A stretch of DNA of 40,853 nt, taken from NCBI GenBank assembly GCA_900555085.1, contig USJU01000001.1, forward strand, positions 1 through 40,853, written 5' to 3'. Source of the stretch: an uncultured Clostridium sp. (GTDB taxonomy: Bacteria > Bacillota > Clostridia > TANB77 > CAG-508). Position 1 is the stretch's first letter; each line of letters opens with the position of its first letter. Position numbers and translations under genes: made by a program. The notes beneath the pieces are model-generated. The model was not told the DNA's origin and did not search any database. It saw only the letters and a program-made list of their open reading frames with translations. Positions 11,228-19,786 of the stretch are shown here, one piece after another.

Positions 11228-12775
11228 CTATTTTAATATTTTTAATATTATTTCAATAATACCATCTTCAAATTCTTCTAAAATTTCTTTTGAAATTTTT
11301 ACTGATGCTTTTCCATTTTTACTTGGATGTGAAACTGGATTAAAATTTCTTCTATCATAAAATTTTCTTATTAATATCTCCTCTTTATTTCCTATTATAT
11401 TATTTTTATATAATTTATTTATTATCCTTTCAACACTATCTTGATCATTTAGTTTAAATTTTTCTTTACAGATTTCATGAAATAAATTATGAAAATGATT
11501 AAATGCTGAATCTAAATTTCCATTTCTTATATTATAAACATACCATTTTAGCTGATTAATTATAGATTCGTTTATATTTTCTTGCTTTACTATTTCTACA
11601 ATCATTTTATTATACATAGTATTATTTTCACAAAGTATTTTTCTTGAGTATTTCGAATCCTTATTAAACTCATAATTTATTTGATTAAAAATACCTTCAT
11701 TTCCTAATATATTAATAGAAGTGTCATTTTTTATAATTTTCTTTAATATTAAAATATATTTTCCATAATTGTCTTTAAACAATTCTTCTCTATTCTGATT
11801 AATATATAAATCAAATTCACCATAATCATCAAAATCTATACCTTGACTGATCATTAATAAGATAATATGTAATAGCCTTTTATCTTTTAAATCCAGATTA
11901 TTTAGAATATATTCTACTAAAATATCTAAATAAGGATTTGTATTATTATCATTTATAAAAAATAATGCAATTAAAATATTCATTTGACTCACTGTTAATT
12001 CTATATCTAATTGACTTAGTATCTCTCTTATTCTCATTTTTATTTCCGGCTTTTTTAAATAGTTTTTTACACTTTCATCAAAAACTATTTTTAATTTTTC
12101 CTTATCTTTATCTGTAATTTTAAATTCAAAAGTATCTTCATCTGTAAATTTATATTTTTTAACAATTTCTAGCATTTCATCTATTTTCTTTTCTATTTCC
12201 TCATTCTTTGTATTATCTGTATTTGTATTATTTACATTTGAAACCTTCTTAGTATTATTCTCTATAAATTCTTTTCTAACATCTTTATTATGCATTATTG
12301 CATATTCTGTCTTTTTTTCATTTATTCTTAACATTAATTCATTATTCAAAAATAAAGACAATTCTTGTTCCAACTTAGATAATTCTTTAAATATTTCTTT
12401 GTTTGTTAGATTATTTTTATTTCTAAAAATAATCATTGTATCATCTACATATCTAATCATCGCTTTATATTCTAAATCGTATTTATCACAAATATCAATA
12501 ATATTAAAGTCTAATGGTAACAAGTATAATAATCCATACAAATCTGATACACAATTTACTTTTCCTTGAGGGATACCCTGTTTTCTATTCATAAGCGATT
12601 CAAAATAAAATAATAAGGTATCTCTTGCTTTTTCATCAATATCATAGATAGCTAATTTTGACTCCAACCCTAACTCTTTTAATAAATTTATTAATTTTTC
12701 ATGTTTCATGGTATCAAAATAATTACTTATGTCTATTTTTAAAATTATATCTCCTTCTTCTACTATTTCTTCCAT
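11228..12775 (-). CDS. AbiA-like reverse transcriptase, downstream portion: RT motifs A-E, a helical repeat region and a C-terminal HEPN-like motif
   Basis: Motifs: ILKIDISNYFD (motif A), GIPQG (motif B), RYVDDTMII (YxDD, motif C), INEKKT (motif D/E-like). The C-terminus has RRNFNPVSH (Rx4-6H). There is no SD before its ATG. It is in frame with 12824-13234 across a single TGA. Confidence 0.8.
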   Translation of the reverse strand: MEEIVEEGDIILKIDISNYFDTMKHEKLINLLKELGLESKLAIYDIDEKARDTLLFYFESLMNRKQGIPQGKVNCVSDLYGLLYLLPLDFNIIDICDKYDLEYKAMIRYVDDTMIIFRNKNNLTNKEIFKELSKLEQELSLFLNNELMLRINEKKTEYAIMHNKDVRKEFIENNTKKVSNVNNTNTDNTKNEEIEKKIDEMLEIVKKYKFTDEDTFEFKITDKDKEKLKIVFDESVKNYLKKPEIKMRIREILSQLDIELTVSQMNILIALFFINDNNTNPYLDILVEYILNNLDLKDKRLLHIILLMISQGIDFDDYGEFDLYINQNREELFKDNYGKYILILKKIIKNDTSINILGNEGIFNQINYEFNKDSKYSRKILCENNTMYNKMIVEIVKQENINESIINQLKWYVYNIRNGNLDSAFNHFHNLFHEICKEKFKLNDQDSVERIINKLYKNNIIGNKEEILIRKFYDRRNFNPVSHPSKNGKASVKISKEILEEFEDGIIEIILKILK

Positions 12776-12823
12776 TTTATCTGTAAACTTTGTATATTGT
12801 TTAGCATATTCGTTTTGAGATTT

Positions 12824-13234
12824 TCATCCATCATCATTATTAATAAATCTAGTTGGCGAAAAATGAAAAACATTTCTATTCTCAAATTTAACTTTATTTA
12901 AAAAATCATTACACACATCTACAAATAATAACCCCACTGCATTATACAAAATCATAGACATCATTGTAAAAAATTTGTACTCTCTTAATCCATTAACATT
13001 TTTAGGAATAGAAACTGTATCTGCTGAAAATAGATATGGAATAGCATAAAAGATTTCTGACTTTATATATTTTTGATAGTATGCTCTTATATTATTTTCT
13101 GTTATTGATTGAAATGCATTCTTTAATAGCATTAAATTTATATCTGTTATAAATTCTTTTTCCGAATATTTTTTACATATTTTATATGCATTTACAAATA
13201 GTTCTTCTGTTATTACATCTGATATTTTCTTCAT
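12824..13234 (-). CDS. AbiA-like reverse transcriptase, N-terminal portion (fingers, RT motif 1), ending at an in-frame TGA
   Basis: SIPKNVNGLREYKF matches RT motif 1 (IPK..G..R). SD AAGGAG lies upstream of the ATG at 13234. The TGA stop is at 12824-12826, and 16 sense codons link it in frame to the next ORF. Confidence 0.75.
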   Translation of the reverse strand: MKKISDVITEELFVNAYKICKKYSEKEFITDINLMLLKNAFQSITENNIRAYYQKYIKSEIFYAIPYLFSADTVSIPKNVNGLREYKFFTMMSMILYNAVGLLFVDVCNDFLNKVKFENRNVFHFSPTRFINNDDG

Positions 13235-13251
13235 AATTACTCCTTATATTT

Positions 13252-14559
13252 TTAGAATGGTAAATCATCCTCTATCAAAAGCATTTCATCATACTTAAAA
13301 TTATTATACTTTTTTAAGTCTATCTTTTTCCAGTTAATATTGGATTTTTTTATTATATCATTATTGTCATATTCTGATCTACCTCTATTATATATTTGAT
13401 TATTTTTATTAATTTTTTCTATTAAAGTTTCAATTTGCCTTTGTTGCATTCTACTTATATTAGGTCTAATCATTACATCAAAATTTAAATCTGCGTCATC
13501 AAAACATACACTATTTCCAAAGCAATCAATATATTTGTCAAGTAAAAGTATTTCTTTTCCTTCATCTTTTATCTTTTTTTCTAATAACTCTCTTGTATGC
13601 TTATTTATAAAATTGATTGTATTGAGTGTACTAATATGTTCTTCAATATTTTTTGATGTATAGTATGCAATTGTTTTATAATCATTGTTTTTATTAACTA
13701 CTACTTCAGTTGCTATCTTATTATCTTCTTTTAAATAATTGTATACTTCTGGGAAATAATACATAAATTCTACTAAATATATTGCAATTTCTTCATTATC
13801 ACTTATATTATTATATTTATCTTTTTCTTTTTGGATATCTTCTAATATTTTCAATTTATATTCTCGCATTGTCAAAATTAAAAATTCTAAATTAATTTTT
13901 CTATTGATATTGCAATCTTCATTATCTAATTTAAATGTTATCTTCCAGAAATCTCTAAAAATACTAATTATCATATTTTGTGGTATTCTCTCAAAATACT
14001 TTTTTTCTATATATCTTTTAAATTTCTCTTTATCCTCTAAAAAATCTTCCTTTTTACTTGATATATCATCTAATAAATTATTTGTTATTTTCTTTATAAA
14101 TAAAGGTGGCCTTATAAAAATGCCTATTAGCATTTCTTTTATAAGTCCTAGCGTTTTTTCTCTCGATGGTCTTATTAGTTCATTGTTTTGATTTAAAGAA
14201 GGATGCGCTGAAAAATTTCTTACATTTTTTAAATCTTCTATATTGGCTAAAACATATGGTTCTATAATATTAGTTTTATCTTTAATCCTATCAATCAATT
14301 TATTCTCCCATTCTGAACTTTTAGGATTACTTTCTCTAATTTGGTCTATCTCTTTTAATATTTCTTCTGCAACTGAATCTAAATAGTAATCTTTTAATTC
14401 TTCTAATTTAAATAATAAATCTGCAATTACAACAGAATACAACATTACAATTGCTGACCTATAATTTTCGCTATAAAATGAGCGTTCTACTTCTTCAAAA
14501 TATTCTTTAGTTCTTGGGAAATATATTTGTTCCTTCAACTCTGATATGTTTTGTTCCAA
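13252..14559 (-). CDS. HEPN-domain (DUF4145-like) protein with an uncharacterised C-terminal extension of about 280 aa; TTG start
   Basis: The N-terminus reads SENYRSAIVMLYSVVIADLLFKL ... LKNVRNFSAHPS (RNxxxH HEPN motif). SD AGGAGG lies 7 nt before TTG at 14559. Its stop is 17 nt before the RT start. Confidence 0.7.
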   Translation of the reverse strand: MEQNISELKEQIYFPRTKEYFEEVERSFYSENYRSAIVMLYSVVIADLLFKLEELKDYYLDSVAEEILKEIDQIRESNPKSSEWENKLIDRIKDKTNIIEPYVLANIEDLKNVRNFSAHPSLNQNNELIRPSREKTLGLIKEMLIGIFIRPPLFIKKITNNLLDDISSKKEDFLEDKEKFKRYIEKKYFERIPQNMIISIFRDFWKITFKLDNEDCNINRKINLEFLILTMREYKLKILEDIQKEKDKYNNISDNEEIAIYLVEFMYYFPEVYNYLKEDNKIATEVVVNKNNDYKTIAYYTSKNIEEHISTLNTINFINKHTRELLEKKIKDEGKEILLLDKYIDCFGNSVCFDDADLNFDVMIRPNISRMQQRQIETLIEKINKNNQIYNRGRSEYDNNDIIKKSNINWKKIDLKKYNNFKYDEMLLIEDDLPF

Positions 14560-14621
14560 TTTTCTTCCTCCTAATATATTTTTATATTATTTTTTCATTC
14601 TATATTTCATTTCTTATATAT

Positions 14622-15560
14622 TTACCTTTTCAAATAATATTTCATTATTTCAGCATATTGATCCTGTGCATTTAAACAGGTATCAATTAAATATCCTTTT
14701 TCTCCACCATTTTGATATTCTTTTAATCCTCTATAATAGAACAATTTATCCTTATCTAATATAATAAAAGGAATTATATTATTTTTTAAACACTCTTTAA
14801 AAATAATTATTCTACCCACTCTACCATTTCCATCTTGAAATGGATGTATCTTTTCGAATCTTGCATGAAATTCTATTATTTCTTTTATTGTTATTTTGGA
14901 TAAAGAGTTGTACCAATCCATTAATTTTGTCATATCCCTTTGAACATATTTAGGCGATGTAGTTTTTGTGCTTCCTGCTTCATTAACAACTTGTTTATAA
15001 TCACCAACTTTAAACCATTCTTTTCTACTATCTGCAGTTCCTTCTTTTAATAATCTATGAAATTCTTTTATCATATCTTCTGTCAAATTTTCTTCCGCTT
15101 TATCTAACATGTAATCCACTAGCTTAAAATGATTAGCCATTTCTAATATATCATCAACACTTGCAATTGTTTCTCCTTCAAATAAAATTGTATTTGTTTC
15201 AAATATATATCTCGTTTGATCTTCTGTTAATTTGCTACCTTCAATGTGGTTTGTATTATATGCAAATATAATTTGTGTATTATGATATAAATTACCTTTT
15301 AATTTCATTTCTTTTTGTTCTCTTAGTATATTTAATACATTAATTTTAGATATATCAAATCTATCTTGCTCATCATTCAATAATTCATCAACAGAAACTT
15401 CAAATATTTCAGCTAACTTTTTTAATGATTCGATATTAGGCTCTAATGTACCTGATTCATATTTTGATACGGTTGCAGATTTCACTCCCAATATATCTGC
15501 AATCTCATTTTGAGTCATATTTTTACTTTCTCTATATGATTTTATTTTTTCTCTTAACAT
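14622..15560 (-). CDS. XRE-family HTH fused to a Fic/DOC domain protein
   Basis: The N-terminal HTH reads MTQNEIADILGVKSATVSKYESG. The C-terminal Fic motif is HPFQDGNGRVGR (HxFx[DE]GNGRxxR). Confidence 0.9.
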   Translation of the reverse strand: MLREKIKSYRESKNMTQNEIADILGVKSATVSKYESGTLEPNIESLKKLAEIFEVSVDELLNDEQDRFDISKINVLNILREQKEMKLKGNLYHNTQIIFAYNTNHIEGSKLTEDQTRYIFETNTILFEGETIASVDDILEMANHFKLVDYMLDKAEENLTEDMIKEFHRLLKEGTADSRKEWFKVGDYKQVVNEAGSTKTTSPKYVQRDMTKLMDWYNSLSKITIKEIIEFHARFEKIHPFQDGNGRVGRIIIFKECLKNNIIPFIILDKDKLFYYRGLKEYQNGGEKGYLIDTCLNAQDQYAEIMKYYLKR

Positions 15561-15604
15561 AAAAAACTCTCCTTTTTTATTATAGTATTATTATATCATA
15601 TTAT

Positions 15605-15658
15605 TTCCAAAAAAGAAAGATATTCTTAGTGATTGTTTAAATAATATCTTTTTTGGAA
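15605..15658. promoter_or_regulatory. long inverted repeat upstream of the HTH-Fic gene (terminator of the upstream operon and/or operator)
   Basis: TTCCAAAAAAGA(aag)ATATT ... AATATCTTTTTTGGAA gives stems of 12 + 5 bp. A TATAAT lies just downstream on the minus strand. Confidence 0.45.
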
Positions 15659-15690
15659 TACTGATAATTTATTTCCATACATTATTGTTT

Positions 15691-16992
15691 TTAGTTCCAA
15701 TAATAATATGAACCATATTTATCTAATTTATTATTTTTATTATCCATAGATTCTGTATGTTTTCTTTTTCCAAGAAGTTCATCTTCTTCATCAATAATAG
15801 GATCAAACCAATTTGCTTTCTTATTAGCCCAATTAATCCATTCTTTTATTTCATCTGTTAAGTTTTCTTTTTTAGAAACAGCATCAATATAATTTCTTAT
15901 CTCACATGCTATTTTATAATCTTCTGCACAATTTATCAACTCTTTAATTTTTTCTACTTCTTTCTTTTTGGCATTTCTAATTTTTTCTTTTCTTTCTTCC
16001 TCTTCTCTTTGTTTTCTCGCAATTTCTTCTCTTTCTAATCTTTCATTTTTCGTTTCTTCAGATTGTTCATATAATTTTATAATTATATCTCCTAGTTTAT
16101 CTTCCAATCTTATTTTATCATTTTCTCTTATGTATTTTCTGTTGCCACAGGTTATTTTTAATTTACCATTCCAAACATAATCATACTTCTTTATATTAGG
16201 CTTATATCCAAATGTATTTCTCTTTTGGGATTCCTCATATTCTAATATTTTTTTTGCCTCTTCTTTAGTCAATTCATGCATTACTTTATCTTGTAATTCT
16301 TCTATTTCAATTGTAATATGTTCTTCACGAACTTGTAGTGAAAAATCGTTGTTTACTTTTCCTCCTAGTTCTTCTATTGCAAAGTAAATCGCACTTAATA
16401 TCTTCATACATCTATCTTTTTGTAGTTTTGATATATTAGAAAAATATCCCTTTTCTACGTAATCATGAATATTATAATAAGGATTAAAATAGTTCGCTTT
16501 TCTTTCTTCTCTTCGTTCTTCTTTTTTCTTATTTTTATATTCAATAATTACTTTATGATTTCTCTTGTATTTATCTACACTTAGATCATAAATAACTTCA
16601 GCTACCTTCTTTTTTTCATCTTCTTCTAGAAAGTTTAGAGAATTAAATTCTTGAATAAATTTATCTTTATCGCTAACTTTTTCATCAATCAATACTCCAG
16701 TATTTTTAAGTGGAATTTCAATTTCTTTTTCTTTTGCTTCTGGCAATTCAACAATTTCAGTTGAAAAATCCAAGCCCATATTCTTCTTAGTCCAATATGC
16801 TGAAGATGGATATGGAATATTATTTTCTTTGCAAGCTTGTACCAATTTCGTGTAATTCAGTCCATATTTTTTAGAAACACCTGTTAATGAAATATCCCAA
16901 ATTTCATCATAAAGTTTTTTTCTTTCAAATTTCATAGATAAACTATCCATAAACATCTTCCTTTCCTTCAAATTTCTTTTCTTTATTTTCAT
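15691..16992 (-). CDS. hypothetical protein with a strongly charged coiled-coil segment; the start may be at M13/M15 (about 16950-16956)
   Basis: 433-aa ORF. The N-terminus KKLYDEIWDISLTGVSKKYGLNYTKLVQACKENNIPYPSSAYW looks HTH-like. The ERLEREEIARKQREEEERKEKIRNAKKKEVEKIKE segment looks coiled-coil. Confidence 0.6.
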   Translation of the reverse strand: MKIKKRNLKERKMFMDSLSMKFERKKLYDEIWDISLTGVSKKYGLNYTKLVQACKENNIPYPSSAYWTKKNMGLDFSTEIVELPEAKEKEIEIPLKNTGVLIDEKVSDKDKFIQEFNSLNFLEEDEKKKVAEVIYDLSVDKYKRNHKVIIEYKNKKKEERREERKANYFNPYYNIHDYVEKGYFSNISKLQKDRCMKILSAIYFAIEELGGKVNNDFSLQVREEHITIEIEELQDKVMHELTKEEAKKILEYEESQKRNTFGYKPNIKKYDYVWNGKLKITCGNRKYIRENDKIRLEDKLGDIIIKLYEQSEETKNERLEREEIARKQREEEERKEKIRNAKKKEVEKIKELINCAEDYKIACEIRNYIDAVSKKENLTDEIKEWINWANKKANWFDPIIDEEDELLGKRKHTESMDNKNNKLDKYGSYYYWN

Positions 16993-17025
16993 ACTTTCCT
17001 AGCGAAAGCGCATACTCATATAGTT

Positions 17026-17370
17026 CTAGTTCTCTTGTTCTGCGTTTTCGCTTAATATAAAAAGTAATTCATTTTTCATTGATTCAAATTCTTTTATAAT
17101 AGTTTCCAAATTGTTTTCAATATTTTGAACTCTAACTTCAGATATTTTTCCATATTTATATGCAATCAACCTTTCAGCAACTATATAATATGACCAACTC
17201 TCTGAAAATCCCCTATCATTTTCTTCATTATGAACTGCAAAACCTATCGGTAATAAATTATTTCTCATACCAATGGAAACTGCATTGGCTGATATTCCTA
17301 AATAATCTCCTGCAATCTGGCATGTTATTTTAGTTTTATTTCTTATATCATCATCTGTATATTTGCTCAT
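17026..17370 (-). CDS. hypothetical 114-aa protein, possible HTH DNA-binding protein
   Basis: SD GGAGGGAG upstream. The segment ITCQIAGDYLGISANAVSIGMRNNLLP resembles an HTH. Confidence 0.55.
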   Translation of the reverse strand: MSKYTDDDIRNKTKITCQIAGDYLGISANAVSIGMRNNLLPIGFAVHNEENDRGFSESWSYYIVAERLIAYKYGKISEVRVQNIENNLETIIKEFESMKNELLFILSENAEQEN

Positions 17371-17389
17371 TAAACTCCCTCCTATTTTA

Positions 17390-18217
17390 TTATGCTATAT
17401 TTTCTATTTCCATATTTGGAAAATCATCTATTTGTTTTTCATCTTGAACCATAAATTTATAATCACTATAATAATTTAATCCGTCATTAGCACTAGATAA
17501 CTTGTACTCTAATATGGCATCTTGTTCATATATATTGAATACTAGATCTTGATAATATAAAGTAATTTTAAAATTATATATTTCTTCTGTTTTCAACCTT
17601 AAGACAAATGGTATTATTACCTCTTGTCCTTTTTCAATAACACTTTCTTTAGCAATTTCAAAAATATATTTACGTTTCAATATATTGCTTTCTATTTTCA
17701 TATAATATTTTCTTATAGAATTTAATCCAATATTTTTCAAACTTAATGTAATTTGTTGTATAACTCCTTTATCTTCTTCAATATTGGTATCCAATTGAGT
17801 TAATTCAACTGATGCATTTCTTCCTTGTACACAATCATATTTTAAAAGTGGCATATTTTGTATTCTGAAATTTTCTTTATCTCTCTTATCATTTTCTTCA
17901 TTATTCTTTTTTATTTGATAAATTGTAACAAATACTGAAACCAAAGCTGCTATTCCCGCGCTAATAATACCTGTAGTATAAGTTGCAATGAAATTAAGCC
18001 AGTTTTGTGTATTAACATTTATATTCCATCCTAATTCCGTTGGTACATTAAATCTATCAAAATAATAAATAATTAATATTGCACTATCTACTATTGCTAA
18101 TACAATATAAGAAATCTTTTCTACTAAACTATTAGACTTTTCTGTACTTTTATAAATGAAGTATAGTGTTAAGCTTATAATAGTTAATGTAATTATAAAT
18201 AATATAATATTTCCCAT
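17390..18217 (-). CDS. multi-pass membrane protein (3 predicted TM helices) with a beta-rich C-terminal domain of about 170 aa
   Basis: Start moved to M17 (MGNIILF...), which follows SD AAGGAG at 7 nt. Hydrophobic helices: IILFIITLTIISLTLYFIY, ISYIVLAIVDSAILIIYYF, FIATYTTGIISAGIAALVSVFVTIY. Confidence 0.6.
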   Translation of the reverse strand: MGNIILFIITLTIISLTLYFIYKSTEKSNSLVEKISYIVLAIVDSAILIIYYFDRFNVPTELGWNINVNTQNWLNFIATYTTGIISAGIAALVSVFVTIYQIKKNNEENDKRDKENFRIQNMPLLKYDCVQGRNASVELTQLDTNIEEDKGVIQQITLSLKNIGLNSIRKYYMKIESNILKRKYIFEIAKESVIEKGQEVIIPFVLRLKTEEIYNFKITLYYQDLVFNIYEQDAILEYKLSSANDGLNYYSDYKFMVQDEKQIDDFPNMEIENIA

Positions 18218-18292
18218 AAAATTCTCCTTATTAAAAAAAAGCAAAATAATTATGTAATATATCATTACTCACTTACTTTGCTTTTCTTTTGT

Positions 18293-19186
18293 CTATTTTT
18301 TATTTACTTTTAAAGACTGCTTGATCAATGGAATTACATTATCAATATCATCCTTCTTATCTATTATGATACAATAATCTCCATTTCCCCAATGACCAAT
18401 TCCACTAATGTCTTTTGTAAGTTTTAGAGGATCATTTAGGGAATCTTTTTTCATATTAATGTATATTTTTAATTTATTCTTATGAAATTCTATATCTGCG
18501 ATATTTCTAATTCCTTTGAATGCTATGTATAGTTTCTTTGCTTCCACATCTATATCGTCTAATTCTAATATTCTATTTTTTAATTCTTCATATACTCTTT
18601 TTATATTGTCCGAAACTTTAGATAAATGATCTTCCTCAGTATATACAATTATTTCTTTATTAACATCGTTTTGTATAGATTCCATTTGAATATCTTGCAC
18701 TTTAACATTGCTTGTCTTTTTTATAAAATCAATTTCGGTAATATCATCTTCATATCTGGTTAGTTTAACTAAATCTACTGGTATATTTTTGAAGTCTGTA
18801 GCATTTAATTGATATGCTGTATAAATTGGTGCAACAAATATAATTCTTGATTGGCTCCAATCTATATCTTGAGTAGTTAGCGATGACTTAGTTTTTATGT
18901 TGTATTGAAGAACAAAATCTGCTTTTCTCTCTAGCATCAATTTTAAATATGTATAACCCTGGTCAACTAAAGAATGATTTTTAACATTTTTATATTCAAT
19001 TATTCTAAATGATTTAGATTCTTCATCAAAAGCTAAAGAATCAATTCTAAAATCGCCTACTACAAATTCTGTATCTATAAATTTATATCCTAATATTGTT
19101 TCAATGTTGTTTTCGAAAAAATTTTGTAATTCTTTTTCATTTTTAAAATCCTTTTGTTTTAATTCTTTATTTGCTTTTAAAATCAT
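18293..19186 (-). CDS. PD-(D/E)xK nuclease-like protein (NucS/DUF91-like N-terminus) with a DUF5655-like C-terminal domain
   Basis: GDFRIDSLAFDEESKSFRIIEYKNVKNHSLVDQGYTYL fits the D...ExK...Q..Y pattern. SD AAGGAG upstream. Confidence 0.55.
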   Translation of the reverse strand: MILKANKELKQKDFKNEKELQNFFENNIETILGYKFIDTEFVVGDFRIDSLAFDEESKSFRIIEYKNVKNHSLVDQGYTYLKLMLERKADFVLQYNIKTKSSLTTQDIDWSQSRIIFVAPIYTAYQLNATDFKNIPVDLVKLTRYEDDITEIDFIKKTSNVKVQDIQMESIQNDVNKEIIVYTEEDHLSKVSDNIKRVYEELKNRILELDDIDVEAKKLYIAFKGIRNIADIEFHKNKLKIYINMKKDSLNDPLKLTKDISGIGHWGNGDYCIIIDKKDDIDNVIPLIKQSLKVNKK

Positions 19187-19208
19187 ATAATTTCTCCTTC
19201 AAATTAAA

Positions 19209-19766
19209 TTATTCCTTTTCTCCTTCACTAGACTTTTGTCCTGTTAATTGGCAATATCTCTTCGTTGCCTCTTCATCCTTAGCTAGATTTGCCATAGTTA
19301 ACACATAATTAACATTCGTTTGTGAATCTATTGGTACTTTAGATTCAATCGCTTTTCTCACCAATAAAGTTAATGGTTCACCTATAGCTTGTTTATAGTT
19401 AAATCCTATAAGTTGCATAATTGTAAGTGTCTCAACAGACAATATTTTTTTCATTTTTTCAATTTCAACTTGATCCGGAAGAAATTCTCCAAATATAGGC
19501 AATAAATTATCTGTAATATATTTTATATCATTTTCTGTAATTTTTTGTGAAACTAATTCTTGTTCATATGCTTGAGCAATTCGTTGAATTTCAGCCTTAT
19601 CATTTAATAAATCAGATATTATTTCTTCCAGTTCAGCAATAGTTTCTTTGTCATTTCTTTTTGCTTTACTAGCATTTATTTTCTTTGATATAAAACTTGC
19701 GCCATTTCTAGCAGTTGCTTCAGCTAAATTTGCTGCTAATTGTGCAACAATTTGATTATCATCCAT
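19209..19766 (-). CDS. hypothetical 185-aa helical protein
   Basis: SD GAGGAG upstream. It starts 20 nt after the hsdR stop. No motif recognised. Confidence 0.55.
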   Translation of the reverse strand: MDDNQIVAQLAANLAEATARNGASFISKKINASKAKRNDKETIAELEEIISDLLNDKAEIQRIAQAYEQELVSQKITENDIKYITDNLLPIFGEFLPDQVEIEKMKKILSVETLTIMQLIGFNYKQAIGEPLTLLVRKAIESKVPIDSQTNVNYVLTMANLAKDEEATKRYCQLTGQKSSEGEKE

Positions 19767-19786
19767 TTTTAATTTCTCTCCTCTAT

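Noticed and set aside
12824-12826. The idea that the in-frame TGA in the RT reflects a reassigned genetic code (TGA read as Trp or Gly).
   Set aside because: TGA is used as a genuine stop inside the same element, in the HNH gene at 31855-31857 within an ATGA overlap. All conserved housekeeping genes in the window are intact under the standard code with no internal TGA.
11228-14621. Retron (msr/msd) or diversity-generating retroelement (TR/VR) associated with the RT.
   Set aside because: I saw no flanking inverted repeats with a structured ncRNA region. I saw no template/variable repeat pair. The RT has the long helical and HEPN C-terminus of Abi-type RTs rather than the compact retron or DGR form. 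The intergenic spaces in the cassette are only 17-62 nt.
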